A DNA stretch of 64,000 nt, from assembly GCF_009914755.1 (NCBI RefSeq), contig NC_060929.1. One strand, written 5' to 3'. Origin of the DNA: the human T2T-CHM13v2.0 reference genome, Homo sapiens. The translations under genes and the position numbers were made by a program. The notes below the pieces were generated by a model, which did not search any database, was not told the origin of the DNA, and saw only the letters and a list, made by a program, of their open reading frames with translations. This document shows positions 12,561 to 28,189 of this stretch, piece by piece. Positions within the stretch are counted from its first letter, which is position 1. Each line of letters opens with the position of its first letter.

Positions 12561-15500
12561 GTTTCATCTGAGTCTCCCTGTGACCTGATTCAGGTGAGAT
12601 GCTGGGGCATTCGGGTGGGGGGGTATCGTTGGGGAGAGGAGACAGTTAAGGACATTGCAGAAGGCACACATCTTTGTGTCTAGTACGTCTTTATATCATG
12701 ACACTCACACATCTGCTGTACCCTGTGCTTTACTGGGTGGGAGAAAAAGAGATGCCATTGTAGCTCTTATAGCCCCAGGCATGGAAACTGTACGTGACCC
12801 TGGGTATATCCGTGTGATCCTGTCACTCCGTGAACATCATCAGTCATATGTGTTTTCATCTCAGCTCCAAGTCCATGTGATAAATTGGATATTGCTTTTG
12901 CTTATCTAATTCTCATTGCCCCAGCCAGACTGTCAAGTCGTTGTGGTACTGTTTGTGCATTGTACTGAATTATGACATCCACATGATAGATGTAGAATGC
13001 CCCTTTGAAATGTATCGCACACACTCTGTCTGTCTTGCACGCTGTAGAGCTGGGGTGGGACAGATGAGGGGTGGATGCTGCTGCAGGACAGGGCTCAGTA
13101 TCTGCCCTCCCAAGGTCAGGCCTGACATTGCTAGGAGACAGAGGCACGGGGCCCCACCTTCCTGTCCAACCTCCCTTCCTGCTCCTCCCCCCTCACCCTC
13201 TCTCATCATCACACATGCTTTCATGACCCAATGCATATCTGTTTATCTGCCTCCTGACAGTCCCACTAGTCCTAGAGGCCCAGGGCAATCAGGCCCTCTG
13301 CCTTCTGAGAAGGCTTCTCTGATACTCTGGCCCAGCCCTCTCTTCCCTGGAGGTCCTGGAGCTTGAATGGTTGGCCTCTCGTTATTTGCTCCCCCTCCCA
13401 TTCCGGGCCTGGCCCTGCCTCTCCAGCTCAGGAGGGAGCCAAGGAAGGGCCAGGGCCAGGTCCAGCGGGAGTAGGCATGCCTTAGAGCTCACTGGTGATG
13501 TCAGCACTCGCCAAAAAATGACATGTTTGAGGCAGCAGCTGCCATTGCATGTCAAAGAAAGAAGTGATTTTTTTGGTATCCTATTTATGGAGAATCTCTG
13601 ACACCAGTATTACTTCTCTCCCGATTAGTAAATTTGTTTGCTCCCATTTTGCAGTTGAGATATCTGACATGCTGGGGCTAAGTGACAAAACACATCAGCC
13701 TGCCTCCAGGCACCATCCATCATTTGCACTCTCACTACATCCAGTGAACACATTTTAGAGATGAGGACATTGACGCTCAGGAAGGATACATGAGTAGGCT
13801 AAGGTCACATGGCAAGTTTGAGGTAAGGCTCACCTTACCTGGAAGCTAGGTCTACACCAAGGTACCTACCTTCCACTCTGTACCTCCCAGCCCCTCCCTC
13901 TTCCAGGTCATAGACCGAGTACCTGGCTGCCACTGTCAGACATTTGGCTCCATGACAGAGAGAGCCTTCATTTCCTGAAAGCCTCTGTTTTGGTATTTAG
14001 AATGGGAATGAATTCTCAAATTGAATTCATTTCATCTTCAGTGGAATCAGAAAGGTGTCTCCAGCTAAAAAGATTATGTCTGCAATTACAGATCTGCCGA
14101 CTGCATCAACTCCCTCTCCCTTTGTGTGCTAGAGACCCTTCAGCATACGCAGCTCTGGGATGATGCCAGGATTCCATTTGGAGACTTCTGCACCCGTTGC
14201 TTTTGTGTCTTCCCATCTGCATGTGAGAGGAAATACATAGGGAACTCTTAAAAGTTGATGCTTATTTTGGGGAAAGCAAGGAGACAGTGAAGCAGGGTAC
14301 TGTGAGGGCTGGGGGTTGGGTATGAGAAAGGCTCTGGGAGAGGGATCTGAGGTGTGGCAGGGCTGGGGGAGGGAGCCTCAAGTCTCAGGCCTGTCTGCCA
14401 CAAACTTGCTGGTGGCCCAGGAAGCCCTGCCCTCTCTGATTCATAATTTCACCATCTGTGATATGAAGAGAATGGCTTACATTTGTGCTTTTCAAGCTTT
14501 TTTCCTTTTTTCAATAGTAAAAACGTTTTTCAAAATAAATCTTACCCAGGAGCCTCATGTAGAAAAAATTGTAAAGGATGCCTACTCCCCCTGAAGGTGG
14601 GAGAAGGGAGACCCTGGGAGAACCTGGGCTGCACTCCAGGGCTCCAGGGTGTACAGGGTGCAAACCAGTGACCTGTGCACTTTCTAAGGTCCCTCATTAG
14701 GGAGGAAGGGCCAGCAGAGCTGGGCCCAGATAAAGAGGGCTACAGAGGCCAAACCAACAAGGACCTTGGGTTTTGAGGGACCCGTTATCATGCCTTAGAC
14801 CAGTGCTTCTCAAATGAGGGTTCACTGCACCCAAGAGGTAGACAGGAATTTTACCTTTTTATTTTGATTTTTAGTGTCTTAAAAGATTCTTTTACCAACT
14901 ATGATACTCCTCTTTGTAGTGAAAATTCACAATTAAAAGACAGAAACTTTGGTTTCTTTGATTAGTATTTCTTAGATACATTCCCGGGTATGTTTATAGA
15001 AGAGGCCACAGATTTTTTTTGCTTTTAAAGGGGACTGCTTATTACTTACATTTGGGAAACATTGGCTCAGCCCATCCCAGAAAAACTGCCAAGTGAGCAA
15101 ATTTTGGTAGTAAGGAGGGTTTGGTGTAAGGGAACTACCGGGAAACAACAGCCTGCAAAGATGATTGCAAGGCAGGGGTTAAGTGCAGGAAAGCCAAGGC
15201 TACAGATGGGGATGTATATCTGGGCCCATTCCTATGAAATATGGAAACCAAGCAACACCTCTCTAACTATAGGTATGTATGTGGATTTTTTAATGCTTGG
15301 AAGTATATATATATCAAAATGTTAATAGTGGTCTGGGTGGTAGAATTACAGGTGGTTTTTATTGTCTTCTTTTTTCCAATCCATTAAATGCCTTTGGTCT
15401 TAGAGAACTCCATTTGGTGAATTACTCCTCCTTTGCTCTAGGTCATAAACTTCTGGCTTTGAAGAGTTTATGTTCCTTTCAAGGTGCTGGAAACAGCCCC

Positions 15501-17819
15501 ATCAACCTCCTTATTTGGCCTTCAAAATAATTTTTTAAAATCTAATTGAATTGCCAATATTGAGAACTCCCATAAAAATCTGCTTCTCCAGTTCTCCTGA
15601 TATCATCTCTGAGACCTCATTCCCACGAGGCCACAGGTGGGTTTGCAGGCTTCCCTATGGCCCATTGCCCACATATGCCTTAGCTGCCTGGCGCTGGAAG
15701 TGTGTGAGCCCCTCTTCTGCTCTCAGGACTCCCAACCCTCCAACCTGGGGGCCCGTTAAGCATCCCACAGGGGCCGCTCCCTGTGTGAGCTGAGATGGAC
15801 ATTTGACTTACCCAAGGCTCAGCGTGCTCCACAATTTCTTCATGGGAAGGGTTTAGGGATGACAACTGCGTGGAAGAGAGGGCTTTGCAGAGTACTTTAC
15901 ATAAAATGAATAGGGAAAGAAAACCCCAGAATGGTCAGGCAGGACCTCTTCTGACTACATCCTCATTAATTGCTGAATATTACACAAAAAACATCAGTGA
16001 GGTATTGGTACCTCTACCCGGCAGTTCACATTTCTGAAAAGGCCAAGTGGAAAACACTCTTTACCATTTTTCTCCCTAAATAAAGCCCATGGAACACTGG
16101 GAGGGAATTGTGTGTAGCACAATTGGAGGCCTCGTCTGATCTTGATAAGGGGAAGGAATGGGATTTGAAATGTTCTGCATGGGGGGACGTGTCTCTAGTA
16201 AATGCAAATTGGGAAAGTGGGGTCTCCTTGGGGGCTCCAAGGCTGGTGCCATTTCTCCTGGCTTAGAGTAACAACAACAATAATAACAATCACCACCAAC
16301 AAGTGTAAATGTTGGTCTGTCTCAGTTACTGGGCCTGCTGAGCATTCTGTTATCACCTTATATCATCCTAACACCCAGTGAAAAACACTTCTATTATTAT
16401 TCCCACTTTGCAGATAAGGAAACTGAAGCTTAGAGAAATTTAAGTAACTTAGCAGAGCTTGCTGGTCTGTTGGAAAAGTAGACATTCCACTTAAGTCTGG
16501 CTGCTCTTAGAGCCTCTCTCCCACACATAGAGCCTCTCTCCCACACACTGTGCTACCTCCCACTCCTCCTGTGTGCCCTCTTCCACTTTCACCACTGCCA
16601 GTAATGACGGTGCTCCCACTCTCTGCATCTTTAAGCCACCTTCAGTACAAACATCCTGCCTGGCAAGCAGGAGAGGGATTACTGCCCCATTCAACAGACA
16701 CGACGCTGAGGGCCAGGGCAGGAAAGTGACCTTTGTGGGGTCGCATGGCTAGTCCTCATCCTAACTGCTCAGAGCATTCTCAGGACACTCTCCCCACTGA
16801 TCATGGCCAGGGCTTCCCAAACAGTCACGGTCCTTCAGAACTTGTTTTCACAAACCCCTGCCTCATTGAATATGCCTTCGTCAGAGTGTTGTATTATTTT
16901 TTCCCCTGTTTTCTGCCTGTGTGTGTATGAGCCTTTGCCACAAGAGCCTTATTAATCATTCGGTGTTGAAGGTTACCAAGAAAAATATGCCAGAGTGTGA
17001 CAGGCCATTAGTATTTGTGTTGTAAGGAAACCAGTAATCATCTTAATTGGTGCACATTTTGGAGCGGAGTGGGGCTTTCTCCTGAAGGGCTGTCTCCTCC
17101 TTCATGTACCATTAACGCCATGGTAAACGCACCTTCCTAACCACGGCCATCCGCAGAGGCAGCTTTTTGCTAGAGCCTCATTTTGCCCCTGAAATCTTGG
17201 GCTGTGTGAGTTAAACAAGCCCTCTCCACTCAGACCAGCTGGGCAGGAGTGTTTGACCCTAGAGAGATTTATGAGGTCGGTGGAGCAGTCCTGCCTCTGG
17301 CCCCAGGGAATTCATGCTCAGCCCGATTTTGATGGTGACCAGACGTGCCTCCTAAAACACAAGGTGGCCCTGGAGGCCTGGGGAGGAGAGTGCAGTCTAC
17401 CCACTTGGCCCCTTCTTCCCGGCCCTGAGTCAGTGACCTTCACCTAAATCCTAAAAGGACTCTGTTTCTTTCTTTAAAAAAAAAAAAAAAAAAGAGAGAG
17501 AGAGAAAAGAAAAAACACTTCCTTTTTAAAAACTTGTAAATCCTATATCCTTTCCCCATCACCCTACCAGAGATTCTTGGGGGGCCAGGGTATGGCTTCC
17601 TCTTTGACAAGGGCCATCCTTTTGTGTGTCACCACAAGCCAAGATTTTGACCAGCTCTAAAAGTAGAGCTGGAGGCCTGTCTAGTTTGTGTTATGAAAAC
17701 AGTAGTTATTTTTCTAAGTATTTTATTATATCAAGTATGCCATTTAAAATACAGCTTCACTTCTCACTCTACCCCATCTTCCCTCCCAAGATTCTTCTCA
17801 CCATTCTAAATAGGAACTG

Positions 17820-18745
<926 letters not shown>

Positions 18746-19184
18746 ACTATCTTGGAGAAAAGAAAGTGGTTGATCCAAGAATTTATTTCCTGAAATGTTT
18801 TAGAGATTTAACATCTTCCCCTCCCAGCTGGAGATTTGTGTCTTAATCCTTTATAGGCTAAATTTTTGTTTCTCAGCAAAGCCTATATTTGATACTCACA
18901 CATACTTAAGAAATGCACCCTTTTAATTGAAAGAAATTATAAATTGTTTATTAAAAAGATTTATCATTAGAGAGAATATATGGGACTCTTAATTCCCTGT
19001 GTACTCAGATGTTTTAAAACTCTGTATCTTTCCATGGGTTGTTTTTTCCTATCTAGAATGTCCACCCTGGTGAGCTTCACTGAAACTCTGCTTAGGAGAC
19101 CTCCACTGCCCTTGGTCCCCCTCTCCAAAGTTAATCCTTTCCTAGAGAGCTGCTGCTGATCTTTGCATATGCTTCCACTATGAA

Positions 19185-19430
19185 AGGAAAGCACAGTAGT
19201 TAGGAGCACAGGCTCTGGAGTCAACCCGGCCTGGATTCAGTCCCTGGCTCTGTCACTTACCAGCAATGATAAGATCCTCCAACTCTCCAAACCTCGATTT
19301 TCTCATTTCTAAAATGGGGATCACAGTCCCACCTTGTAAAATCATCAAGGGCATTAAGGGAGATAATACATGGAAGATGCTTAGCACATGCCTGGTGCAG
19401 AGTACACTCTTACTATGTGTCAGCTGTTCA
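19185..19430. mobile_element. MIR
   Basis: gcacagtagttaggagcacaggctctggagtc...tttctcatttctaaaatgggga...cttagcacatgcctgg. Confidence 0.75.
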
Positions 19431-22400
19431 TGTTCTCATTGCAGAAATGTCTTCCTCGGACCCGAACTTGGTTACTTGGTTTCTGATCGGCTCATATCAT
19501 CCCTGAAAAATACTGGAGGCTCAGTTAAATGTTATTTTGTACTGAACTGTGCAGTGAGGAATAAGGAAGGATGACCTTTTGGTCCATAAGGATTTTCTGC
19601 TAAAAGAACGTGAAAGCCTTAACAGACCATAGGTATTAAAAGAGGCCATCTAGACAGTGGGTTAATTGGTGGTGTTTAATTTATGTTTACATATCTGATT
19701 TTCAACAATTTCTAACATGAGCACCTATTAATATGACTTGTATAATTTCTTAATGCCCCCCAGAGGAGGACAGCGGTGACCCACAAGAATCGGGTAACCA
19801 GTGGTGGAAGGTCAGGCACTGTGACAGACTCAAATGGAATAGGTACTGAGGAGCCATGTGGCATTGCTGGCAAGACTCACATCACACCACCTGGCTTCTG
19901 GGTGATGTGGGTCATCTATGGCTCCACCCAGACAGCCATCTGGGTCCCTGAATGGGAACAAGATGCCTCTCCAGGGCTGAGAGTCTTTTGCCACAGCATG
20001 TCCAGGCCAGTGCTCCTTGTTTGCTTTTGAGCTTATGATACCCCAAATATAAGAAGCTCCTTCTGTTCAAACTGGGCACCCCAGCAGGAGGTGAAAAGTA
20101 TCCCCCTCATTCCAACAATGGACACTGGGATGTGTGCATGTGTTTGTTCATGTTTGTGTTTGAGCCTGTGCTAACAAATCGAATACCTGGGCATCGAGCA
20201 GCTCATACATAACCAGAGGACCGAACAGTCTTTCTGTCCATCACTGGTCTGGGTTCAGAATGCATAGACCTCCCAGCCCACGTTGCCTCACATACACCAC
20301 ATTGTGGAGTTCTCTCGGAGGCAGCATTCAGTGTGCTTTCAGGCCTTTGACAAATTAAACATTCAAAAGTAAAAATTGCTCACTGCTAGGGTAGGGGGAA
20401 AATTACAGGGGTAGATAAAACAGGCTAGAGCTTATGAAAAGAAAACCACAGTCTCTCTACGCTAATTACTAATGCATCTCAGAAGGAGCTCAGAGGTTAA
20501 AGGACTAAGTCCTTAGCTGGATTTTCACCATTCTTAGAACCAATTGCAGAGAGGCATAGCATCTTGGAACTGTGAAATGATACAATTCCAATGCTGGAGG
20601 GGGGTCTTCGAGGCTACACAGTTCAACTATTTCTCCAATATTTGAGTCTTTTTTATGGTTAGCATAGTAAGTTTCACCTATGATTGAATTCTTCCGGTGA
20701 TGGACAACTCACTGTCTTATGAGCTATCCCATTCTTTTGTGAGACAGCTCTTCTTATCAGAAGGCTTTTTCCTTACATGGAGCTGAACTCTAGCTCTCTG
20801 CAAAGTATATCTTCTGGTTCTAGTCTTGTCTTCTGGAGGCAGAGAGCATGGTGTCAGGGCGAGGGCATAAGCTGTTGAATCACAGAGCCCAGTGTTCTAA
20901 CCTACCAACCGTCCACTTGGGCAGAAGAACTCTCTCCCAACCTCAGTCTTTGTATCAGTCAAAGTGGGGCTACCTCCCTGGCTTCAGTTAATTTGAAGAT
21001 AAAGTGAGATAGTGAAAAGAAAAAGGACATGCTAGAGCTACATGTACTGTTATAGAAAGATGATTTTGGCATATTGTCAACTGGACAAAACAGGTTTCAG
21101 AAGAAATAAGCATAAGAAGATTGGGATATTGGGTGAGAAATAGAGCAAACTTAAGAGTGGCCATCTCTGGTGGGTGTGACTAGCACAGCTTGTCACTCAG
21201 ATGTTACATTCTGCCATGATGGTTAAAACATTTTTTTTCAAAAATGCATCATATTTAGAATCACAAAAAAATAGTCAAGACTTTCCATTTTAGAAAGAAA
21301 AAGATGAAATATCCAGAATATTTTATGTCCAAAAATGGAGACCACCTGTATCAATTTTGGTGTGTCTTTCCCTGCAGGACGTCTGAATCTTCAAGGCATA
21401 TCCTGAAAGGATTTTGTGCCAGCGTTTATCTGAAAAAAAAAAAAGGCTCCAAACATCTAACAACAATGACAAAATCAGTGACTGCTTTAGGTCCTGCCCA
21501 GTCTGCCTCAGGGCCTTTGCATTTGCTGCATGTGTGATATTAACAGGGTGGGCACACCTGAAACACAACCATCCACAAACACACTTGCATGTGACGGGCA
21601 GAGATGTTAAGTGGGGAGAGAGGTTTGAGTGGGAACTTCATGAGTGGTCATTTTATTGATAAATATCCTGCCCAGATGATAGCATTTGCTTCCTGACGCT
21701 ACCTCCTATGTTTGGAGACTCACAAGTGTACCTGAGTGACAAGGCCTCCCAAACATGCTTTATATCTTCCCCTGGGTGACATGTTGAGTCTTTGGAAGCA
21801 CATTGGGTATATGGATTTTATAAAATAAAAGCAGCAAATGACAAGCAAAATATGTTAAGTTATGATCGAACATCTGTGTGCCCCTACAGTATGCCAGGTG
21901 CTGTGAGGAAAATCAATCACTCTGAGTCCTGCCCTCAAGAAGCTTGTGCCAAGCAGATCGACACAAGTCCCAAATCAGAACATGCAGATGATGCTTCAGG
22001 AGCACTTTGCGCTGAGCCTGGGGAGAAGAATAGAATAGGATTCCTGGAGACAGAGAAGCAGACAAGGATGCTCTGAGCTGACAGATTTGCAAGAGTAAAA
22101 GAGTGAAAACAAGGAAATTAGTCGAGCAGTGTCTGCAGAGAATGCACCAGGGGCAGGGCTGAGATGAGAGATGGTTCTGGAAAGGTTGGTTCTGGCCATC
22201 CTGAGAAGCCTGAACTGTCACCATATGACATCAGTAGACCTGTGCTGTAGCACCGGTAGTGTGAATGAGATGAGAGGTGAGGGATTAGATACCAGAAGAC
22301 CTGTGCATATCAGATTAGTCTCTGGTAGGGGACATTTCTGTAAGTGGCAGAAGATCCCAATGCAGAAGCAGAAGGAAGAGGCCCTGAATGGGAGGTTTCA

Positions 22401-24912
22401 AAATATTTGGTGTTGGATTGGGTTGGGGTGTTTTGCATGGGGAGGGGGCAGTGGTGGTTGAAGGAGGTCGTAAGGAAAGTTCCGACATATGTTCAGTTTT
22501 CTCTTCCTGTGCACTGAGCAGGAAAACTTCCCCCAGGAGAATACTTTTGCCCTTTAACAAATATGAAACTGACAGGCCAACACTGTTGCTGAAGTGGAAG
22601 GATTTTTTTTGCTTTTTTAATAACACCTTAAACGATAGTCATGGAAGCCGGCATCCTAAATGAAATACATGTTGCTCTCCGACACCTGACAACCTGACAT
22701 AATTTAAGAGCAGCTACCAGAAGCCCACAACTGGAATTGCCCATGAATCTGCTCTCCTGTATAGGCTCCAACTGGGTGAAAAAGTGAAGTGGGCTGAGTC
22801 CAAAGGGCCTGGTCTTCTCTTCTTATTTGTAGCTGATTGGTGGGGAGTCACTTTCAGAAAACAGAGGAGGCTGTAATTAACTTGATAGGGGTGGTTTCTG
22901 GAGTGTTTTTATTCGTCGTCTGATTATTAAACAGATTTATGGCCCTGCCCACTGCTGAAAAGGGACCAAGGCATTTAGTTGAAATTAAAAGTGCAGACAG
23001 GGCTGCCTGTTTAGATAATAGCATCTCTTTTTTAATAGATTACTCATCTTCTGCAAAATAGGAGAGAGGAGTTAATTTGTGTGATGAAGTGCTTTCTATT
23101 TCTGGGAGCTGGCTGGTGGATGTGACTGCTTGAAGAAGGAGAATAATTCATTCTTAAAATCACCAAAGGCATGTTCAGGCCAAATACCTGCACCCGAGGA
23201 GTAGGTTAATTTGTAGCGTGATACCTAAGAACAGGGGGGCCTGTGGTTTCAAAGCAAATATTTGGGGAAGGTGTACAATCTTTCTTTAGGTTGCAAGTCA
23301 TTCCAGCCACTCATTTTCAGAAAAAAGGCCAGAGAAATAAACTTAACATGTTAATCTAAGCAATCAGTCCAGGAGGCCTTGATTGTTAAGGGATGGTGAA
23401 AAGAGACTGACTTAGACTTGAATTCCAGAGAAGCCAACATGAGCTGTTTGATCTTGGGCAGTAATCTAGAGTCCCCTGAAAGAACCCACGTGCACCAAAC
23501 CATCATCAAGGAAGACTTTAAACTTAACTGAGCACTTGATGGAAGAGGCAGAGTAGGGGTTTTACATCACATACTCTATAGCAGCCCACTCGCAATCTCT
23601 CTAGACATTCCTGCTCTCCAAAGTCCCCTAGGCCACACCGCTGGGGACTGTCTGCCCTCTCACCCTTCCTTCCACACCACACTCAGCCTTACTGGTTCCT
23701 CTCTCCTTTTTTCTAAATTTTCCCCCCAGAAATTTATTTTGTTAATGGAACATGTCCATTAGCATTCCACCCAAACTCCTCTTCACTTGTTGTCAGCTAC
23801 CACCCAAAACCACCTAGAGGCAATACACTATTCTTTCCAAGCTGAACTCTAGTGAAAGGAATTGTCTCCATCTCTTTGCTGTCTCCTCCCATGCTTGCCA
23901 CTGCACTGACTTGTCCAGGAAGGCATGTATATCAAGAGCAGATAGTACTCGTTTTGGTTGGAACTCCACCAGCAGTTGTTTGCTGTTTTAGACAATCATG
24001 TCATCAACAGCAGTGCTGCTTAGGGCACTTGAGTTGCCAGCCCTGTCTGTTAGGTAAAATAATATGCAGTCCAATATATGGCACTTACAAGTGTGAGCAT
24101 TTGGCTTCTTCTCTGTCTTCTTGTAGTCAGCCTAAGCATTTATGTTGAAACACATATTATTTTATTATTTCTCCTTTACATCACAATTGGAACATTATTA
24201 GAATTTTTGGAAATGGGTGTTAGGCAGGTTATACTACATATTAATTTTATTTTAAGGTATTAAAGGGTGCCATATAAAACAGCTGTTTCATAAAGGGGCA
24301 TTGAGTTGGAGAAGGTTGAAAACCCCTGAATTTTCCTTTAAACTGGAGCTACGAGGTAAAAATAAAAATTTTAAAAAAGAAAAAGAAAACCCCTGAATTA
24401 GAGGGTGAGTGAGTCAGCCGGATGTTGGAGCTATGTTGGTCTTTGACTAAGGGGGTTAGGTCCAATTCCCTCAGATCTGCTGTGTCCTTGATGTTTTCCA
24501 GCTGCTGAGACAATAGGCCCATAGATACCAAAAGCTCCAATACACACCTTTTCCTGGCAACTCTTATGGTGGTAGGAAAGACAACTAAAAAAGGCCCTCT
24601 GGAGTCTTTGGGAGAAGGAAATTGGCTATTTGGGAATAACCTCTTCCTCCACCTATTGGTACTTCAGAGATCTCAAGTCAACAGAAAATGATTCTGGTAA
24701 TGATCTATTGAGGTAAGCAATGCAATGATAGTCCTGTGTATAAAACCCTGGGCACATTGTTGTCCATTCTCAGAAGGCTAGTAACAATAGCAATAGTAAC
24801 CATGGTATGTCATGCAGAGTAGCCTTGGGTCAGGGGCCGTGGCAGAGGACCACCTGTCTCAGGATCAAGTGGGCCACCTTTTAACATTATAGGTTCCAGG
24901 CTGTGCCCTAGG

Positions 24913-25265
24913 CCAGGGTTTTTCAGATGGTAGGAGTAGACTCATTGGAAGGTCATAAAATCAGTTTACAGGGTCATCATGTCCAGGATTTTAACAAAAA
25001 TAGAATACAAGAGGATAGAATAGAAAAAAATAAATGTATCCCAGTGAATCACACCTTGTATTTCAGTTATATGTGTGTGTATACTTTTGTATATATTTGT
25101 TTCAGGTCATGATGTAAAATGTATTTCTTTCTATGAGTCACAGTCAAAGGTTTGAAAGCCACTGTTCCCAGACATGTAGAATCAGAATCTGTGAGACTAC
25201 CTCAGCATCTGTGTGGAAACCAGTTTCCCTGGGGGTTCTTGGGGCTGAGGTTTGAGAACCTTTGC
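24913..25265. mobile_element. hAT-Charlie MITEs (MER112-like plus a MER5 fragment)
   Basis: gatgtaaaatgtatttctt...ggtttgaaagccactg terminus; gaatcagaatct...tttgagaacc. Confidence 0.55.
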
Positions 25266-25492
25266 TGTGAGCCCTATTGGGATATGTGTTCATTTGTCAG
25301 ACCTTTTCTCACTTGAAGGTGAGAGGACGGAAACAGAGCAGCCAGGCTAGGTGGGGACCAGTGTGAATCTGAGGGCTGTGCTCAGAGACAGGAGGAGGGA
25401 TGGGAGGGCACCCAAGCCAGCACCCACCCGCTCGCAGGTTTGCTGGGGTAGGGGGCAGAATAGTCTTGGATTCCTTAAAGAACTTCAGTTTT

Positions 25493-25825
25493 GGCCAGGC
25501 ACAGTGGCTCACACCTGTAATCCCAGCACTTTGGGAGGCCGAGGTGGGCGGATCATGAGGTCGTGAGATCAAGACCATCCTGGCTAACATGTTGAAACCT
25601 CGTCTCTACTGAAAATACAAAAACAAAATTAGCTGGGAGTGGTGGCGGGCACCTGTAGTCCCCGCTACTCAGGAGGCTGAGGCAGGAGAATGGCATGAAC
25701 CCAGGAGGCGGAGGTTGCAGTGAGCCGAGATCGCGCCCCTGCACTCCAGCCTGGGTGACAGAGCAAGACTCCGTCTCAAAAAAAAAAAAAAAAGAGAGAG
25801 ACTCAGTCTCAAAAAAAACAAAAAG
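25493..25825 (+). mobile_element. Alu (AluY/Sc8-like) with a duplicated 3' terminus
   Basis: gagatcaagaccatcctggctaac and aatggcatgaacc diagnostics; second gagactcagtctc-A tail; TSD aagaacttca. Confidence 0.92.
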
Positions 25826-25984
25826 AAGAACTTCATTTTTCTATTATTCTAGCAGGAAACATGGGATTCTGGTTTTGATCATTTAGAGTTCCTAATATGA
25901 TCAAGATGGCCTAGGTTGATTTTTCTAAACTCACCTTCGGCATTATGTCACACCAGTGATCTGATCCTCAAACCTTTAGCATGC

Positions 25985-26140
25985 CTAGGAATCACAGGGA
26001 AGGCTTGTTAAAATCCGGCTCAGTGGGCCCCACCCATCTGCTTCAGTAGGTTTAAGGTGAGGCCTAAGAATGGACATTTCTACTAAATTCCCAAATAATG
26101 CTGATGCATCTGGTCTGGACTCACACTTTGAAAACCACTG
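25985..26140. mobile_element. MER5A
   Basis: gaatcacagggaaggcttgttaaaa...cacactttgaaaaccactg. Confidence 0.75.
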
Positions 26141-26983
26141 TGTGAGATCACCAGAAAGGAATGTACCCAGCATAGATCCTGGCACAGCAGGAGCTCAGGA
26201 AATGCTTTCTTGATTAAACTGGACTGAATTCTCCTCAGCAGAGATGCTCTCGCTGAGGTTCAGTCGGCTCTCTGCTTTCAATGGTGCAAGAAATGGCTGG
26301 TTGATATTGAATTGTATGCTTTAAATGGGTGAATTGCATAATATGTGAATTATATCTCAGTAAAGCTGTTATCAAAAAGAAGAGGAGGAGGAAAGGAAGG
26401 GAAAAAAAAGAAATGGCCGGCTTTCCAAGCTGCTCATCAAAAGTGTCCATTATGCCTGAAATTGTCTTACAAGCGGACTCATGTCAAAGGAAAACAAAGG
26501 TCCTCTAGCTGAACTCTGAGCTTCCTTTCAGCTCTGCCACTCTCTAAAATTCCTCCTGGGGCTCTGAGCCAGAAAAAGTATGTCTTTCCTGAAGGGCTGA
26601 TCTGTTTCCCTTTTCCAAACAGTAAATGATGCTTAAATGCCTGTGCATTTCACCTGCCAAAACCCGTCCTGATATAAACATAGCTTTCCTTCTCAACTTG
26701 TCTTTTTAATTTTCCTGCTGTTTATATTTACCTGTCTATAAGTTTTTCAAGCAAGGGAAAGCCTTAGACATCCTAGAGGACTAGGGTTGGAAACTGGTAT
26801 TTGCCAGGCAGAATAGAGAGACTGAGGGCATTGAGAGGTGGTGTAGTTGCATGGTTAATAATAACAGCTTTGGAATCAGAAATACCTGCTATGATTCCTG
26901 GCTGTCACCTACCAGCTGTCTGAAAACAGATTCACACAAAACTTCTATGAGACTCATTTTCTCTTTGTCTAAGAAAGTTGTCA

Positions 26984-27376
<393 letters not shown>

Positions 27377-28189
27377 CTAGGCACGTGGTAAGCACCTGAC
27401 AAATCTTGACGATGATAAAGGTGAGGGCCCACCTCATCTTAACATTTCCTTTGGTTGGAAACACCGGAGTATCAAAACAGGATAAAAGATGATGCTGTTT
27501 ACTAACGTGTACCCTCCTCTCTCTCCAAATGGATTGCCAGTACCTTGTGACACACCAAGATTTACAAGTGAATAAGTCTATCCCAGGAAACAGATGAACT
27601 ATGGTGCTTTAAGAGCAGAAGCCAAGCAGAGCCAAGATTTGACAAGACCCGGGACACCTACAGGTCCCAGAGCCAGTCCAAGCCTCTGCAAGGTTAGCAG
27701 CACCCCAGCAGCCAGAGAACCAATGCTGGTGATGCTGCTGACTCATCTGGTTGGTGGCCCCCTCCCTGCTTCCCTTCTGCTGCTCCTCCTCTTCTTCCCT
27801 CTTGGGCTGCTCCATGGGGTGCTCTCCCAGATGCTCTGCGTCCTGCCAGAGCATGGGACAGTAGAGCTCTTCTACTTTTGGCGCTCCTCAGTGCTGTTTC
27901 TGCAAGGCTCAGTGGCATCAGAGATTGAAACTCTGAAATATTCCACTTGGGAATTGATCTGATTACACAGAGTAGTGAAGATTCCTGAACGAAGCAAACT
28001 ATATCTGAGTCCTATCTTCAGCACATAACTTGTTAGCTGTGTAGCCTTGGACAAGAAGTGTTTTCTGGACCTTGTCTTGAAGTGAAGGTGTTGAACTGGG
28101 ACCTGCTTCCCTCACAGGGTTGTGAAAATCAGATGAGATGAAGGTTCGCAGACGCCTCTGGCTTGGGTGCTAGGCACGAGGACACCCTG

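Noticed and set aside
14003-14035. Small inverted repeat aatgaattc-N7-gaattcatt
   Set aside because: The stem is too short and AT-rich to be distinguished from chance.
17463-17532. Isolated poly(A)/(GA)n as a solo retro-tail
   Set aside because: No convincing TSD or element body.
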